From a virus: DNA of 64,000 nucleotides. A model generated the notes under the pieces. That model saw only the letters and a list, made by a program, of their open reading frames with translations, did no database searches and was not told the origin of the DNA. Where the stretch lies: the IMG/VR virus record IMGVR_UViG_3300045988_129382, positions 64,001 through 128,000 of that record; one strand, written 5' to 3'. Positions within the stretch are counted from its first letter, which is position 1. Every line of letters begins with the position of its first letter. Made by a program: the position numbers and the translations under genes. Positions 30,512-40,015 of this stretch are shown here, in pieces.

Positions 30512-31093
30512 ATGAATTACAATAAATTAGATATGAATGTGTTCATAGAAAAACTCTTAGAACATGTAGAGATGTGTCCTTGTCTTTTAATAGGTAAGTA
30601 TGTTACTGAGTTTAAAAAGGTATACAAAGATACAATAGAACGTGTGTATACATTAGATGACGTAAGGAATTTAATAGATTCATATGATGGCATTTCTAAT
30701 GTAAATAGTAAGTTCTTAGTATTAGATGGTATTGGCTTTTTATCTCATGTAGGTCAAAACTCCTTATTAAAGTTTATTGAGGAATCTAAGTTACCTATCA
30801 TCATATTGTCTTATGGTGATAAAATCTCACCAATTATCATGTCTAGGATGAAGATAATCGTTAAGAGGTGGGACGTTGTTAAGAATTTAAATTTCTCTAG
30901 TGTTGCTGATACAATAGCATACATAAACGAGAAGAATTCTACACGAGAGGATAAGATGAGTGAGTTTGATGAGGTACAGATTATGGCTAATATGTGTCCT
31001 AGTCTATACTCAATCAAACAGCAAGCTGGTGATAGATATGGGTATACTAATAGTAGGTTAATAAATCTAATGGTTGGTACTAAGAATAGGTGA
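30512..31093 (+). CDS. Clamp-loader-like protein (Pol III delta'/gamma-like)
   Basis: 'FLVLDGIGFLSHVGQNSLLKFIEESKLPIIILS' resembles the clamp-loader box 'iDea..l...aqNALLKtLEEP...fiL'. No obvious P-loop. Confidence 0.4.
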   Translation: MNYNKLDMNVFIEKLLEHVEMCPCLLIGKYVTEFKKVYKDTIERVYTLDDVRNLIDSYDGISNVNSKFLVLDGIGFLSHVGQNSLLKFIEESKLPIIILSYGDKISPIIMSRMKIIVKRWDVVKNLNFSSVADTIAYINEKNSTREDKMSEFDEVQIMANMCPSLYSIKQQAGDRYGYTNSRLINLMVGTKNR

Positions 31094-31097
31094 TTCA

Positions 31098-31826
31098 ATG
31101 GGTGATTACAGTTTAATCAACAAAGTAGTGAAAGTTGAGGATAGTAAAGAGGGAATAAACTATTTAGATTTAGTTTGTTTCATGTACCCTAACTATGAAT
31201 TACGTACTGAGTTCAATATTTTAGATGGTAATACTGATATTATATTTGTTGGTAAAGTTAATTCTAGTGTTGTAAAGTCATTAAAAGAAAACACTAGAAG
31301 TTTTATAGCAATTAATAATATAGGTATTCAAGATATTGACATGACGATTAGGGATATAGCTATTAAGGTTCTCTATGATAGATTTAATAAAGAGCCTAGT
31401 GATAAGACGCATACAATGTTAACTTCTATGACAGAATATGATTTTATTAAGTACTTTAAATCTTTTTGGGTATTAGGTAGGTCTAAGATTGATTCTGTTG
31501 ACATATCTTTATGGGATTTATATTGTGTATTAGGTAAGTCTAGACACGATATACTTAAAATATATTTAGAGTTACGTGAGGTTTATTCTGACAGTATGAT
31601 ATTTGGTGGTGTACTATCTTTTTTAGAAAAGTCTAGGAACTTAGAAGATGTTGTTACTAATAGTGGTAAGTATCTTAGGTTGCTAGTTGATTTCAATAAA
31701 TCATATGATAAAATGATTGTACCTATTATTCAGAAAGTTTACACGATGGAGTGTAGAAGTGATTCTGATAGAGAGTATCGCACTTTATGGTTGTTAATGC
31801 AGTTAGGTAAAGGAAACATGCTATAA
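31098..31826 (+). CDS. Hypothetical protein (possibly a second clamp-loader subunit, by position only)
   Basis: ATG at 31098 after an AGGTGA RBS. No motif recognised. Confidence 0.5.
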   Translation: MGDYSLINKVVKVEDSKEGINYLDLVCFMYPNYELRTEFNILDGNTDIIFVGKVNSSVVKSLKENTRSFIAINNIGIQDIDMTIRDIAIKVLYDRFNKEPSDKTHTMLTSMTEYDFIKYFKSFWVLGRSKIDSVDISLWDLYCVLGKSRHDILKIYLELREVYSDSMIFGGVLSFLEKSRNLEDVVTNSGKYLRLLVDFNKSYDKMIVPIIQKVYTMECRSDSDREYRTLWLLMQLGKGNML

Positions 31827-32245
31827 TGTCTATACTTGAAATTGAATTAGAAATGAATAAGGTTGCTAAGGATTTACAAGATAGAATCTATCAAGTGTAT
31901 GATACATATTTGGTAGAGAATAGAAAAATCATAGACTTGCCTACATATGAAGCTTTGTATCGTAGTCCTAAGCTACAGTACGAGGTTTCAGAAAGATTGA
32001 TACGTACTATAGATGTATTAAATGATTTAAAGTTACGTATTAGTGTCGTCAATAAGAATTTGTCAGAGATGAAGAATTTACAGGTGACAACAAAATCAGA
32101 TTATCAGTTAGTAGCTAATCTTAAATCTAAGGTAGGTAGGTACTATGATGAGTTTACTGAGCATAAGTTTCAGATTTCTGATTTAATTAAAAATGCTAAT
32201 AACAAACTTAATACAATTAATGCTGTTAGGTTTGTTAATGAATAA
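31826..32245 (+). CDS. Hypothetical protein
   Basis: 139-aa ORF overlapping the upstream stop codon. Confidence 0.55.
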   Translation: MSILEIELEMNKVAKDLQDRIYQVYDTYLVENRKIIDLPTYEALYRSPKLQYEVSERLIRTIDVLNDLKLRISVVNKNLSEMKNLQVTTKSDYQLVANLKSKVGRYYDEFTEHKFQISDLIKNANNKLNTINAVRFVNE

Positions 32246-32275
32246 ATTATTGTATTATGAAATGAAAGGAGACTT

Positions 32276-32842
32276 ATGGGAGAAAATGCTTTTAAGGACA
32301 GATTAATTCATGAATTTAAAGAATACTTTCCTAATGATAGTTCGTTACAAAACTTTTGTACATTAATTATCACTATGAAAGATAATCCTGATTACGCTTT
32401 ATCTGATGTTGATAGGGATGTATTAAGGAATTCTATTAAAGATTTGTCTGTTTTCACTTCATTAGGCATTTATACTAAGGTTCTTGGTAAGATGAGTAAT
32501 GATGTTAAAAAGCAGTTAGATGTGACTACAAGGAAGAGGGGTAGTAAGGTTTTAGGTAGCAATACTACGCCTAATAATGTGACAGCTACTGTATATGAAT
32601 CTAATAGGTTTGATTTAGGTTTTGAAATAGAGCCTGCCAAGGTTTCACATGTACAAAATGTACAAGGTCATAGCAAGTCTATTGGTGTTAAAGAGTATTC
32701 TAGTAAGTCTAATACATTTACATTAGATGGGGTTGATTTATCTTCTAGTAAAGAGATTCCTACAACTTCATATGAGACATATTCTGACTATGATACGTAT
32801 GAAGATGTCCCTACTGTTAATGTAGATGATTTAGATTATTAA
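32276..32842 (+). CDS. Hypothetical protein
   Basis: 188-aa ORF with an AAAGGAGA RBS. Confidence 0.55.
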   Translation: MGENAFKDRLIHEFKEYFPNDSSLQNFCTLIITMKDNPDYALSDVDRDVLRNSIKDLSVFTSLGIYTKVLGKMSNDVKKQLDVTTRKRGSKVLGSNTTPNNVTATVYESNRFDLGFEIEPAKVSHVQNVQGHSKSIGVKEYSSKSNTFTLDGVDLSSSKEIPTTSYETYSDYDTYEDVPTVNVDDLDY

Positions 32843-32902
32843 TTTTGGTAGTTAGCATATTGCTATTACAATATATTTTAGTTTCCAATAAGGAGAGTTA
32901 TT

Positions 32903-33751
32903 ATGTCTGAGATTGAAAATTTTGATGCAATGTTCAATGGTTCTAATGAATCTACACCTGTTACTGAAGTAAAAACAGAGAATGTTACAAATGAGGTAGC
33001 AACTGCTACGACTACAAGTGTAGCATCTCCTGATAGCTTTGTAATTAGCATTGAGAGTGCAGGTTCTAGTTTGTTAAGTGATTTGGGAATTAAACCTATT
33101 TCTTTTGGTGATAGGATTCAACGTGTTCCTATCGAAAAGTATAAAGCTAAACAAGGCAATATTGATAGAATTTCTATTATTTCTGAGCAAGTATTACCTA
33201 TTAAATATCATTATATTGAAGGTAAAGGTTCATACTTATGTACAGGTGGTAAATGTTGTCAATTAATGGGTGACCCAGCTGTTCGTTACTTAGTACCTAT
33301 TTGTGTGTATGATACAACTAAGAATGGTGACCCAGCATCTAGCAATATTGAATTAAAGGTATTGTCTATGGGTAATGAGTTATATCAAAATATTGGTATG
33401 ATTGCTAATGCTGGTAATGTACGTAGTTTGGGTGGTATTACTCATGTTGATATTACTGTTAATTGTACAGACGAAAAATATCAAAAATTATCTCTTATTC
33501 CTATTGGTGAGGCTATGTGGAGAAAATCAGCTAAGGCTGTTGAGTTCTTGAATAATAAATGGCAAGAGTCTGCAAGTGAAGCCTATAGGGCATTAGCACG
33601 TAGTGTTGATGAAGCTACATTTGTTAAATTATATGATGAGGCTAATTTTGGTGTAAAACCAGAGGAAAATCAAGGTTTTGGTGGTAGTGACAGCAACTTC
33701 AATTCCTTTGGTGGTGCATCAACTAGCAACTTTGATGAATTCTTTAAATAA
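32903..33751 (+). CDS. Putative ssDNA-binding protein (gp32-like architecture)
   Basis: AAGGAGAG RBS. Cys cluster 'CTGGKCCQ' (possible Zn site). Gly/Ser/Asn-rich tail ending in an acidic-aromatic tip '...NFDEFFK', as seen in many SSBs. Replication-gene context. Confidence 0.4.
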   Translation: MSEIENFDAMFNGSNESTPVTEVKTENVTNEVATATTTSVASPDSFVISIESAGSSLLSDLGIKPISFGDRIQRVPIEKYKAKQGNIDRISIISEQVLPIKYHYIEGKGSYLCTGGKCCQLMGDPAVRYLVPICVYDTTKNGDPASSNIELKVLSMGNELYQNIGMIANAGNVRSLGGITHVDITVNCTDEKYQKLSLIPIGEAMWRKSAKAVEFLNNKWQESASEAYRALARSVDEATFVKLYDEANFGVKPEENQGFGGSDSNFNSFGGASTSNFDEFFK

Positions 33752-33805
33752 TAAAAATAGTTAATAGTTGAAAGGATAGGGGTACTGGCATAATAATAAA
33801 ATAAT

Positions 33806-34465
33806 ATGTATGTACCTCTATTTTATTATTATATGGTGATTTTAGCTATAGACCCTAGTTTTAAGGCTTTATCATTTAGTTTGTATGATAGTGATACAAA
33901 AAAGGTTTACATTGATACTGTATCATATCCTCTAGGTACGTCTATAGGGTTTGAGAAGATATTTGATGCTGTTCATGTTCAGTGGTATCAGTTGCATAAC
34001 AAAATAGATGATTACATACAAAAAAATAACATATCTATTGATGTTGTTATTTCTGAAATACCACCACCTGTTGGTAACTTTTCAGCTGGTTTGTATGCAT
34101 TAGATTATACTATCTTAAATAGTTTATTTGAGAAGTATACAACAATAAAGGATTTATTTATATTGTCGCCGTCTTTCTTGACTAAGGTTCATGGTAGACG
34201 TGGGTATAAGAAGAGTGAGAGTACTGCTTTAGTTAAATACTTTATTGATGAAGTATTATCTGATAGTTTTGATGTGTATATACCTGATAGTGTTTCTGCC
34301 AAGGGAAGAGTATCAAAGGGAAGACTAAATAACGATAAAGCAGAGTCTTTTATATTTTTATTACGTTTAATGGTTAGACTTAATATTAATGGTTTAGCTA
34401 GTAAGATAAAGAGTGAGGTAGAGGGATTATCTCATGAAGGTGAAAAGTTATTAAGGAGTAGATGA
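33806..34465 (+). CDS. RuvC-like Holliday-junction resolvase
   Basis: 'ILAIDPSFKALSFSLYD' (the catalytic Asp motif of the RuvC/RNase H fold) and 'VISEIPP'. The start codon is uncertain (33806 or 33833). Confidence 0.5.
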   Translation: MYVPLFYYYMVILAIDPSFKALSFSLYDSDTKKVYIDTVSYPLGTSIGFEKIFDAVHVQWYQLHNKIDDYIQKNNISIDVVISEIPPPVGNFSAGLYALDYTILNSLFEKYTTIKDLFILSPSFLTKVHGRRGYKKSESTALVKYFIDEVLSDSFDVYIPDSVSAKGRVSKGRLNNDKAESFIFLLRLMVRLNINGLASKIKSEVEGLSHEGEKLLRSR

Positions 34466-35598
34466 TGGCAAAAAAAGAAAAGTCATCTGTTGATGATTTC
34501 GCAAAAAGTATTAAAAAGTTGTCTAGTGAGTATCATTCATTAGATGCTCCTGAGTTTGTTAAAAGTGGTTCAGTTGTACTAGATTCTATATTAGGTGGTG
34601 GTATTCCACGTGGTGTATTTATCTTGTTATCATCTGACAGTGGTTTAGGTAAATCTACAGGTGCATTACATGTTAGTAAGGCATATTGTATTCAAAATAA
34701 AAGGGTTTTGTATTTAGATTTCGAGAGTGGTGTTAATTTAGCACAGCTTAATTCTATGGGGTTATCTAGGTTTAGGTATGACGCTAATACAAACCCAGAT
34801 GGTAATTTCTTCTTATTCCAAATTCAAACATTTAGAGAAGCTGATAAGATTTTGGATGAGTTGGTTGAGAATGTTGATTTAGTTGTTATAGATTCTGCTA
34901 CAGCTATTCTAACTGAAAAGGTAAAAGAATCTTCGTCTGAAGACGTGCTACCAGGCATTGATAGTAGGGTTATGGCTACATTCTTAAAAAGACATAAGTC
35001 TACAAGTACACGTGCTGGAACTTCATGGATTATCGTAAATCAATTACGTACTAAGATTGCTATGGGTTATGGTCAACAAACTGCTGAAGTTGAGGCTGGT
35101 GGTAAAGCACTCAAATTCTACCCTGACATTCGCTTAACAATGAAGAAAGCATATAAAGGCACATTAGAGCGTACAGAACAGACAGCTGTAGGTGAGCAAA
35201 AAGTTCCTTTTGGTGCTATTTGTGAGATTAAAGCTGTTAAGAATAGATATGAGCGTCCAGAAATTCCTCTTAAATTAGCGATTATCTTTGGTAAGGGCAT
35301 TTCTAATGAATATGCATACTATGACTTCTTAGAACAACGAGGTAAGATTGTTAAAGCTGGTGCGTGGTATACTATTAAGTTAGGAGATTCTCCTAAAGTA
35401 CAAGGTATGAATGGTGTTATTGATTGGATTAACACTAATCGAAGTCTTGTTAAAGATTTCATTGAGTCTGAGGGTGGTTATCGTTTATTGTTAAATGAAG
35501 CTAGTACTGTAGACTTAATTGATGAATCTTATGATGAAGAGGTTTTTGATGGTACAGAGGTGTTTGACGAACCTACTGAGGATGATGGTGAAGAGTAA
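34462..35598 (+). CDS. recA: RecA-family recombinase
   Basis: 'LDSILGGGIPRGVFILLSSDSGLGKST' (Walker A), 'LVVIDSATAI' (Walker B), and 'IIVNQLRTKIAMGYGQQTAEVEAGGKALKFYPDIRL', which parallels RecA 'fINQiR.KIG...G.pe.ttGG.ALKFYasvRL'. Confidence 0.85.
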   Translation: MMAKKEKSSVDDFAKSIKKLSSEYHSLDAPEFVKSGSVVLDSILGGGIPRGVFILLSSDSGLGKSTGALHVSKAYCIQNKRVLYLDFESGVNLAQLNSMGLSRFRYDANTNPDGNFFLFQIQTFREADKILDELVENVDLVVIDSATAILTEKVKESSSEDVLPGIDSRVMATFLKRHKSTSTRAGTSWIIVNQLRTKIAMGYGQQTAEVEAGGKALKFYPDIRLTMKKAYKGTLERTEQTAVGEQKVPFGAICEIKAVKNRYERPEIPLKLAIIFGKGISNEYAYYDFLEQRGKIVKAGAWYTIKLGDSPKVQGMNGVIDWINTNRSLVKDFIESEGGYRLLLNEASTVDLIDESYDEEVFDGTEVFDEPTEDDGEE

Positions 35599-36911
35599 TG
35601 TCAGATAAAATAACTGTAGATATTAAAGACTTTCAATCTCTTAAAAAAGCATATATAGAGTTAACTCCTGGTATTACAGTTATCACTGGTGCAACGAATA
35701 ATGGTAAGAGTGCCATTATTCGTGCTATCGATTCTGCACTTTTTAATCTTGGCGATGATGCTATGGTTAGGGGTGGTCAGAGATACTATGGTATAAAGAT
35801 ATCAAATGGTAGTCATACAATGCTGATGGCTAGAGATAATGTTGGTAAGAATGAGAAAACTGCATATCAGTTCGATGAAGGGACTGTTCAAAAGAAAGTT
35901 GGTAGAGGTCAGTTAGAAGAGGTTTCACGTATGTTTAATATACGTGAGGTAAAAATGAACAATGGCACTAAGATGAAGATTAATTTTTGGTATCAAAACG
36001 ATAAACCTTTCCTAATGGATAAGACAGCAGGTCAACTATATGAGTTTTTATCATTGAGTTCTTGTGATAACTATGCTAGGGTGCTAAAATCTTTGGGTAG
36101 TGATGTTAGGTCAATTAATTCAGATATTAATACGTTAACCACAGAGATTAATACATATAAGTCCTTAATTAATGATAAAAAAGACTTCATCTCTAAGAAT
36201 GATGGGTTTGATTTAGTATATCAAGAGGCAATAGACGTTGATGCAATGGGTGATTTATTGTCAAATGTAGAAGGTTTATTAGACGATGTTGACATGTCAA
36301 ACAATACTATAAAAAAGCTTGATAACTTAAAGTCAAATATTGATATAAAAATCTCATCTATTGATATTGATAGTGTTAGTGCTTTATATCAAGATATCAT
36401 TTCTCTAGATTCTAAGGTATCTTCATTATGTGGGTTGTTGGATTACATCGATAGTACTGGTGGTAAGATTTCACAACTAGATAGTGAGCATAAAGAGTTA
36501 AAATCCAATATTAGTACGAATGACACTTGCATAAAAGATTTCTCTAATATCATTAATGATGCTGAGTGTTTACATGCTAAGATTGATATTGTATCTAATG
36601 CTTTGGTTGATGTTGAAGAAAATATTAAGTCTAAGGATATAATCGATACTAGATTAAGTTCCATTAATGGTGATTTGTGTACTTCTATCAATGATATATC
36701 TAGAGAAGTAAATATATTAGATGATAGCTTTAGTCAGTTAATGGTCATTGAGGGTTGCTTAAAAGAGTTAGATAGTAGCAAGGGAGTGTTGGATTCTTAT
36801 ACATCTAAGGTTGAAGATGTAAAAAGTAAACTATCTGAAAGTGATATCGAGTTTGAGCAGTTGAAGAAAGATATAGGGTATTGTCCTTATTGTAGAAGGG
36901 AGTTTTTATAA
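35598..36911 (+). CDS. sbcC: SbcC/Rad50-like ATPase, N-terminal half (Walker A + coiled coil + terminal CxxC hook)
   Basis: 'ITVITGATNNGKSAIIRAI' P-loop, followed by a long Ser/Asp/Ile/Leu-rich coiled coil. The protein ends '...IGYCPYCRREFL'. Confidence 0.65.
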   Translation: MSDKITVDIKDFQSLKKAYIELTPGITVITGATNNGKSAIIRAIDSALFNLGDDAMVRGGQRYYGIKISNGSHTMLMARDNVGKNEKTAYQFDEGTVQKKVGRGQLEEVSRMFNIREVKMNNGTKMKINFWYQNDKPFLMDKTAGQLYEFLSLSSCDNYARVLKSLGSDVRSINSDINTLTTEINTYKSLINDKKDFISKNDGFDLVYQEAIDVDAMGDLLSNVEGLLDDVDMSNNTIKKLDNLKSNIDIKISSIDIDSVSALYQDIISLDSKVSSLCGLLDYIDSTGGKISQLDSEHKELKSNISTNDTCIKDFSNIINDAECLHAKIDIVSNALVDVEENIKSKDIIDTRLSSINGDLCTSINDISREVNILDDSFSQLMVIEGCLKELDSSKGVLDSYTSKVEDVKSKLSESDIEFEQLKKDIGYCPYCRREFL

Positions 36912-36913
36912 AA

Positions 36914-37183
36914 ATGACTACAATCGAAGAGGTAAAAGCTAAGTTTAGTAGTGTTGAGAAGATTAATCAATCACTTAAAGATGAGTTAATTCGTACTGAG
37001 GAGCAGTTGAAATCAGCTAAAGATTCATATGATAAGGCTGTTAGTAAGTTATTTGAGTTGACAGATAAAGATACAATAGAGGATGCTAGGGTATATATTT
37101 CACAGCTTAGAGAAGAGTACGAAAATAAATTAAATGATTTAAATGACAAATTATCAGAATACTTAGATAAAGATGGTGAATAG
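36914..37183 (+). CDS. Small coiled-coil protein between the two SbcC halves
   Basis: 89 aa, a heptad-rich charged helix ('EELIRTEEQLKSAKDSYDKAVSKLFEL'). Confidence 0.55.
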   Translation: MTTIEEVKAKFSSVEKINQSLKDELIRTEEQLKSAKDSYDKAVSKLFELTDKDTIEDARVYISQLREEYENKLNDLNDKLSEYLDKDGE

Positions 37184-37823
37184 TATGGTTGATACTTCTA
37201 TTATTCGTAGGGTTATCGAGCATAAAGCAATGATAGATAGTGCTAAAAAAGATATAGCTAACATGTCTTATGCAATTAGCACTAAGTCTGAATCACTTAA
37301 AGAGTTAAATAACTTAAAGAATATAAGTGAGTTTTCCTTTAACTATCTAGATGTGTTAGTTAAGGAAGAGTCTGGTAAATTCATTAAGCATTTAAATAAC
37401 ATACTTGATTATGGTGTTAAATCAATATTTGATGATTGCAACTATTCTATTGAAATTAGGGTATCTGATAGTTCTAAGGCAACAATTCATCTAGTGTACG
37501 ATGACGAGAGTGGTATTAAGTTAGAGCCTGATATTAAAAATTGTGGTGGTGGTATTCGTACTGTTGTTGGATGTTTATCACAGATAGCATTTATAACACA
37601 TTATAGGTTAGAGCCTGTGTTATTTATTGATGAAGGGTTAAGTCAATTATCTAGTCAATATATTCCTAATTTCATGGAATTAATTAATCAGATGGCTGAA
37701 AAGAATGGTTTAAAGATTCTTTTAATTACACATGATGATAGGTTTACTTCATATGCAGTGAGACATTATGAAGTTTCTAAGGGGAATACTAAGTTGTTGA
37801 GAGGTGGTGAGTTAGGTGAGTGA
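37173..37823 (+). CDS. sbcC: SbcC/Rad50-like ATPase, C-terminal half (signature, Walker B, H-loop)
   Basis: 'CGGGIRTVVGCLSQIAF' (signature-like), 'VLFIDEGLSQLS' (Walker B/D-loop), 'LLITHDDRF' (H-loop). Confidence 0.6.
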   Translation: MVNSMVDTSIIRRVIEHKAMIDSAKKDIANMSYAISTKSESLKELNNLKNISEFSFNYLDVLVKEESGKFIKHLNNILDYGVKSIFDDCNYSIEIRVSDSSKATIHLVYDDESGIKLEPDIKNCGGGIRTVVGCLSQIAFITHYRLEPVLFIDEGLSQLSSQYIPNFMELINQMAEKNGLKILLITHDDRFTSYAVRHYEVSKGNTKLLRGGELGE

Positions 37824-38784
37824 TATTCATTTAAAGTTAGAATATGGTGAAAAGATTGCATTTATTTCTGATGTACATGTGGATAGTAAAATGCCTGACT
37901 CACGTGTGGATGATATCATTGTAACTCTTAAAGATAAATTAGTTGATATATTAAATAAATGTATTAATGAGAATGTAAAATATGTCTTTTTTGAGGGTGA
38001 TGTTGTCAATAGGGTTCAATGTCCATTTGAACCTATTACAATGTTGGCTGATATATTATTGCAGTTCAAACAGAAAGGGATGCAATGCTTCTCTATTCTT
38101 GGTAATCATGACATTGTTAGAAATTCACTAGAAAACTTAGATAAAAGTCCTATTCAGATTTTATTTAAGTTGGGTGTTTTAGAGCATATTAATTTAGATA
38201 CTAGAGTTATATTTAATGATAATGTTTTACTAACAGCTGTTGATTATACTGAATACCCTATAAAAGCAGATAATACGTATTCAGTTAATATATTGCTAGC
38301 ACATATGTTCTATGGTAAGAGTGGCTTTCTTTCTGATGAAAAACACAACCTAACTGATACTAATATCTTAGATTTGGGGTATGATTTAGTTGTGTTAGGT
38401 CATGACCATGAAGACTATGAAGATGTAGTTGTTGGCTCAACTAAGATAGTTAGACATGGTTCTGTTCTTAGAGGTACATCACATAATTACAATTTCACTA
38501 GAAAGCCTAATTTTGTCATTATTGATGACATAAATAAACCTAAAGAAGTTAGACGTGTAGAGATTGCTCATAGGGATTATAAAGATGTAGCTAGTGAGTA
38601 CATTTTAAATAAGAAAACATTTAGTAGTATTAATGCTCTACAGGATGTATTATCTAATCTAGCTGATAAGTTAGTTGATACTACTGAAACAGATTCAGAT
38701 AGGATTTACAATATCATTATGAGTGATGAGGAGTTACCTAATGATTGTAGGGAGTTGTTACTAAAATATATCAATGAGGTTTAA
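37816..38784 (+). CDS. sbcD: SbcD/Mre11-like nuclease (calcineurin-like phosphoesterase)
   Basis: 'IAFISDVHVD', 'FEGDVVNR', 'ILGNHD', 'LLAHM' and 'LGHDHE' are the ordered metallophosphoesterase motifs. It follows the SbcC-like genes. Confidence 0.8.
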   Translation: MSDIHLKLEYGEKIAFISDVHVDSKMPDSRVDDIIVTLKDKLVDILNKCINENVKYVFFEGDVVNRVQCPFEPITMLADILLQFKQKGMQCFSILGNHDIVRNSLENLDKSPIQILFKLGVLEHINLDTRVIFNDNVLLTAVDYTEYPIKADNTYSVNILLAHMFYGKSGFLSDEKHNLTDTNILDLGYDLVVLGHDHEDYEDVVVGSTKIVRHGSVLRGTSHNYNFTRKPNFVIIDDINKPKEVRRVEIAHRDYKDVASEYILNKKTFSSINALQDVLSNLADKLVDTTETDSDRIYNIIMSDEELPNDCRELLLKYINEV

Positions 38785-38790
38785 TTTTAA

Positions 38791-39996
38791 ATGGCTTTTA
38801 AGTTAGAAAATCAGTACACATATTTATTTGAGGATTTTCAAGTAAATAATGGGTATGATATATTCATGGGGTATCAAGATAAAAATACAACAGATGATGA
38901 ACGTGAGTATTTAGAGTCTGTAGTTAAGGGTTGGATTCTTGATAATAATTATGAGGTTGCTAGGTTAACATATAGTGATGATTACATGTTGTATAACGTA
39001 AACTCACTGATGTCTTTGAATATTTCAGATATTTATTCTGATGGTGAATTTGGTGTTAATAGTATAGGTGTTTCAGTACTACAAACCTTTTTCCCTGAAT
39101 TAGAGGGAGTTGACAAAGTAAAAGGTTGTTGTATGAGAGATTTTTGTAAGAGGTCAGAAAAATCTTTTACAAGATATGTACGTAAGCTTTTGAAGTATGG
39201 TAAATCACCTAATGATATGCGGAGTATGTTTGCCTTTGTTGGTGCAGGATATTGCTCTAATTTCAGACCAGCAACAGCTAAAACTATATATGAACTGTAC
39301 GGAAAAGGTAATTGCAAGGTGTTGGATACATCAAGTGGTTTTGGTGGTAGATTGTTAGGTTTCTTTACAGCTAAAAACACAGCTGAGTATGTAGGTATAG
39401 ACCCAAACACAGCAGATAGCTGTAATAAGTTTATTGAGTTTATGCAGATGCGTTTTGGGATTAATAAAAAAGCATATGTTAATAGGATAGGTTCAGAGGA
39501 TTTCACAGTAGAGAATTATCCTCAATATGAGAACTATTTTGATATAAGCTTTACATCACCGCCATACTTTGACACAGAGAAATATTCTGATTCTGATACT
39601 CAGTCATATAAGAAATTTAACACATATGATGCGTGGGTAGATGGATTTTATCGGAATACAATCTATAATAGTTGCAATGCATTAAAGTTAGATGGAACAT
39701 TCGCTATCAATATCTTTGAGAAAGTTGATAACATTAAAGAGTATACAGAGGAGTTTCTTAATGATTGTGGCTTTTATATCATTAAGGAAGATAAGTACTT
39801 GTTGCGTGTTATGAGTGGTACTCAAAAAGGTGAAGATGGTGAGTTCTACACCAGAAAAAAAGACTCATACAATTATGAGCCAATATGGGTAGCAAAACAT
39901 TACACAGAGTTACTTAAAGATGGATTAATGACACGAGAAAAAGCAGAGGAGTGTTATAATCGTGTAAAATTTGGTAATAAAAAGATTAGTATTTAA
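38791..39996 (+). CDS. DNA methyltransferase (amino-MTase, SPPY motif), paralog A
   Basis: Motif I 'VLDTSSGFGGRL' and motif IV 'FTSPPYF' (the S/D/N-PP-Y/F signature of N4-C/N6-A MTases). Paralog of 41222-42391. Confidence 0.7.
   Translation: MAFKLENQYTYLFEDFQVNNGYDIFMGYQDKNTTDDEREYLESVVKGWILDNNYEVARLTYSDDYMLYNVNSLMSLNISDIYSDGEFGVNSIGVSVLQTFFPELEGVDKVKGCCMRDFCKRSEKSFTRYVRKLLKYGKSPNDMRSMFAFVGAGYCSNFRPATAKTIYELYGKGNCKVLDTSSGFGGRLLGFFTAKNTAEYVGIDPNTADSCNKFIEFMQMRFGINKKAYVNRIGSEDFTVENYPQYENYFDISFTSPPYFDTEKYSDSDTQSYKKFNTYDAWVDGFYRNTIYNSCNALKLDGTFAINIFEKVDNIKEYTEEFLNDCGFYIIKEDKYLLRVMSGTQKGEDGEFYTRKKDSYNYEPIWVAKHYTELLKDGLMTREKAEECYNRVKFGNKKISI
39316..39570 (+). repeat. 255-bp block 100% identical to 41738-41992
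   Basis: Compared base by base. The block runs from AAGGTGTTGGATAC... to ...CACCGCCATACTTT and covers motif I to motif IV of the MTase. Confidence 0.9.
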
Positions 39997-40015
39997 TCAT
40001 AAGAGGTGCAAAAAG

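Noticed and set aside
39971-40015. TTG start at 39971 for the clamp-like gene (as in the ORF track)
   Set aside because: This extension overlaps the end of the upstream MTase gene and has no RBS. The ATG at 40016 has an AAGAGGTG RBS at proper spacing.
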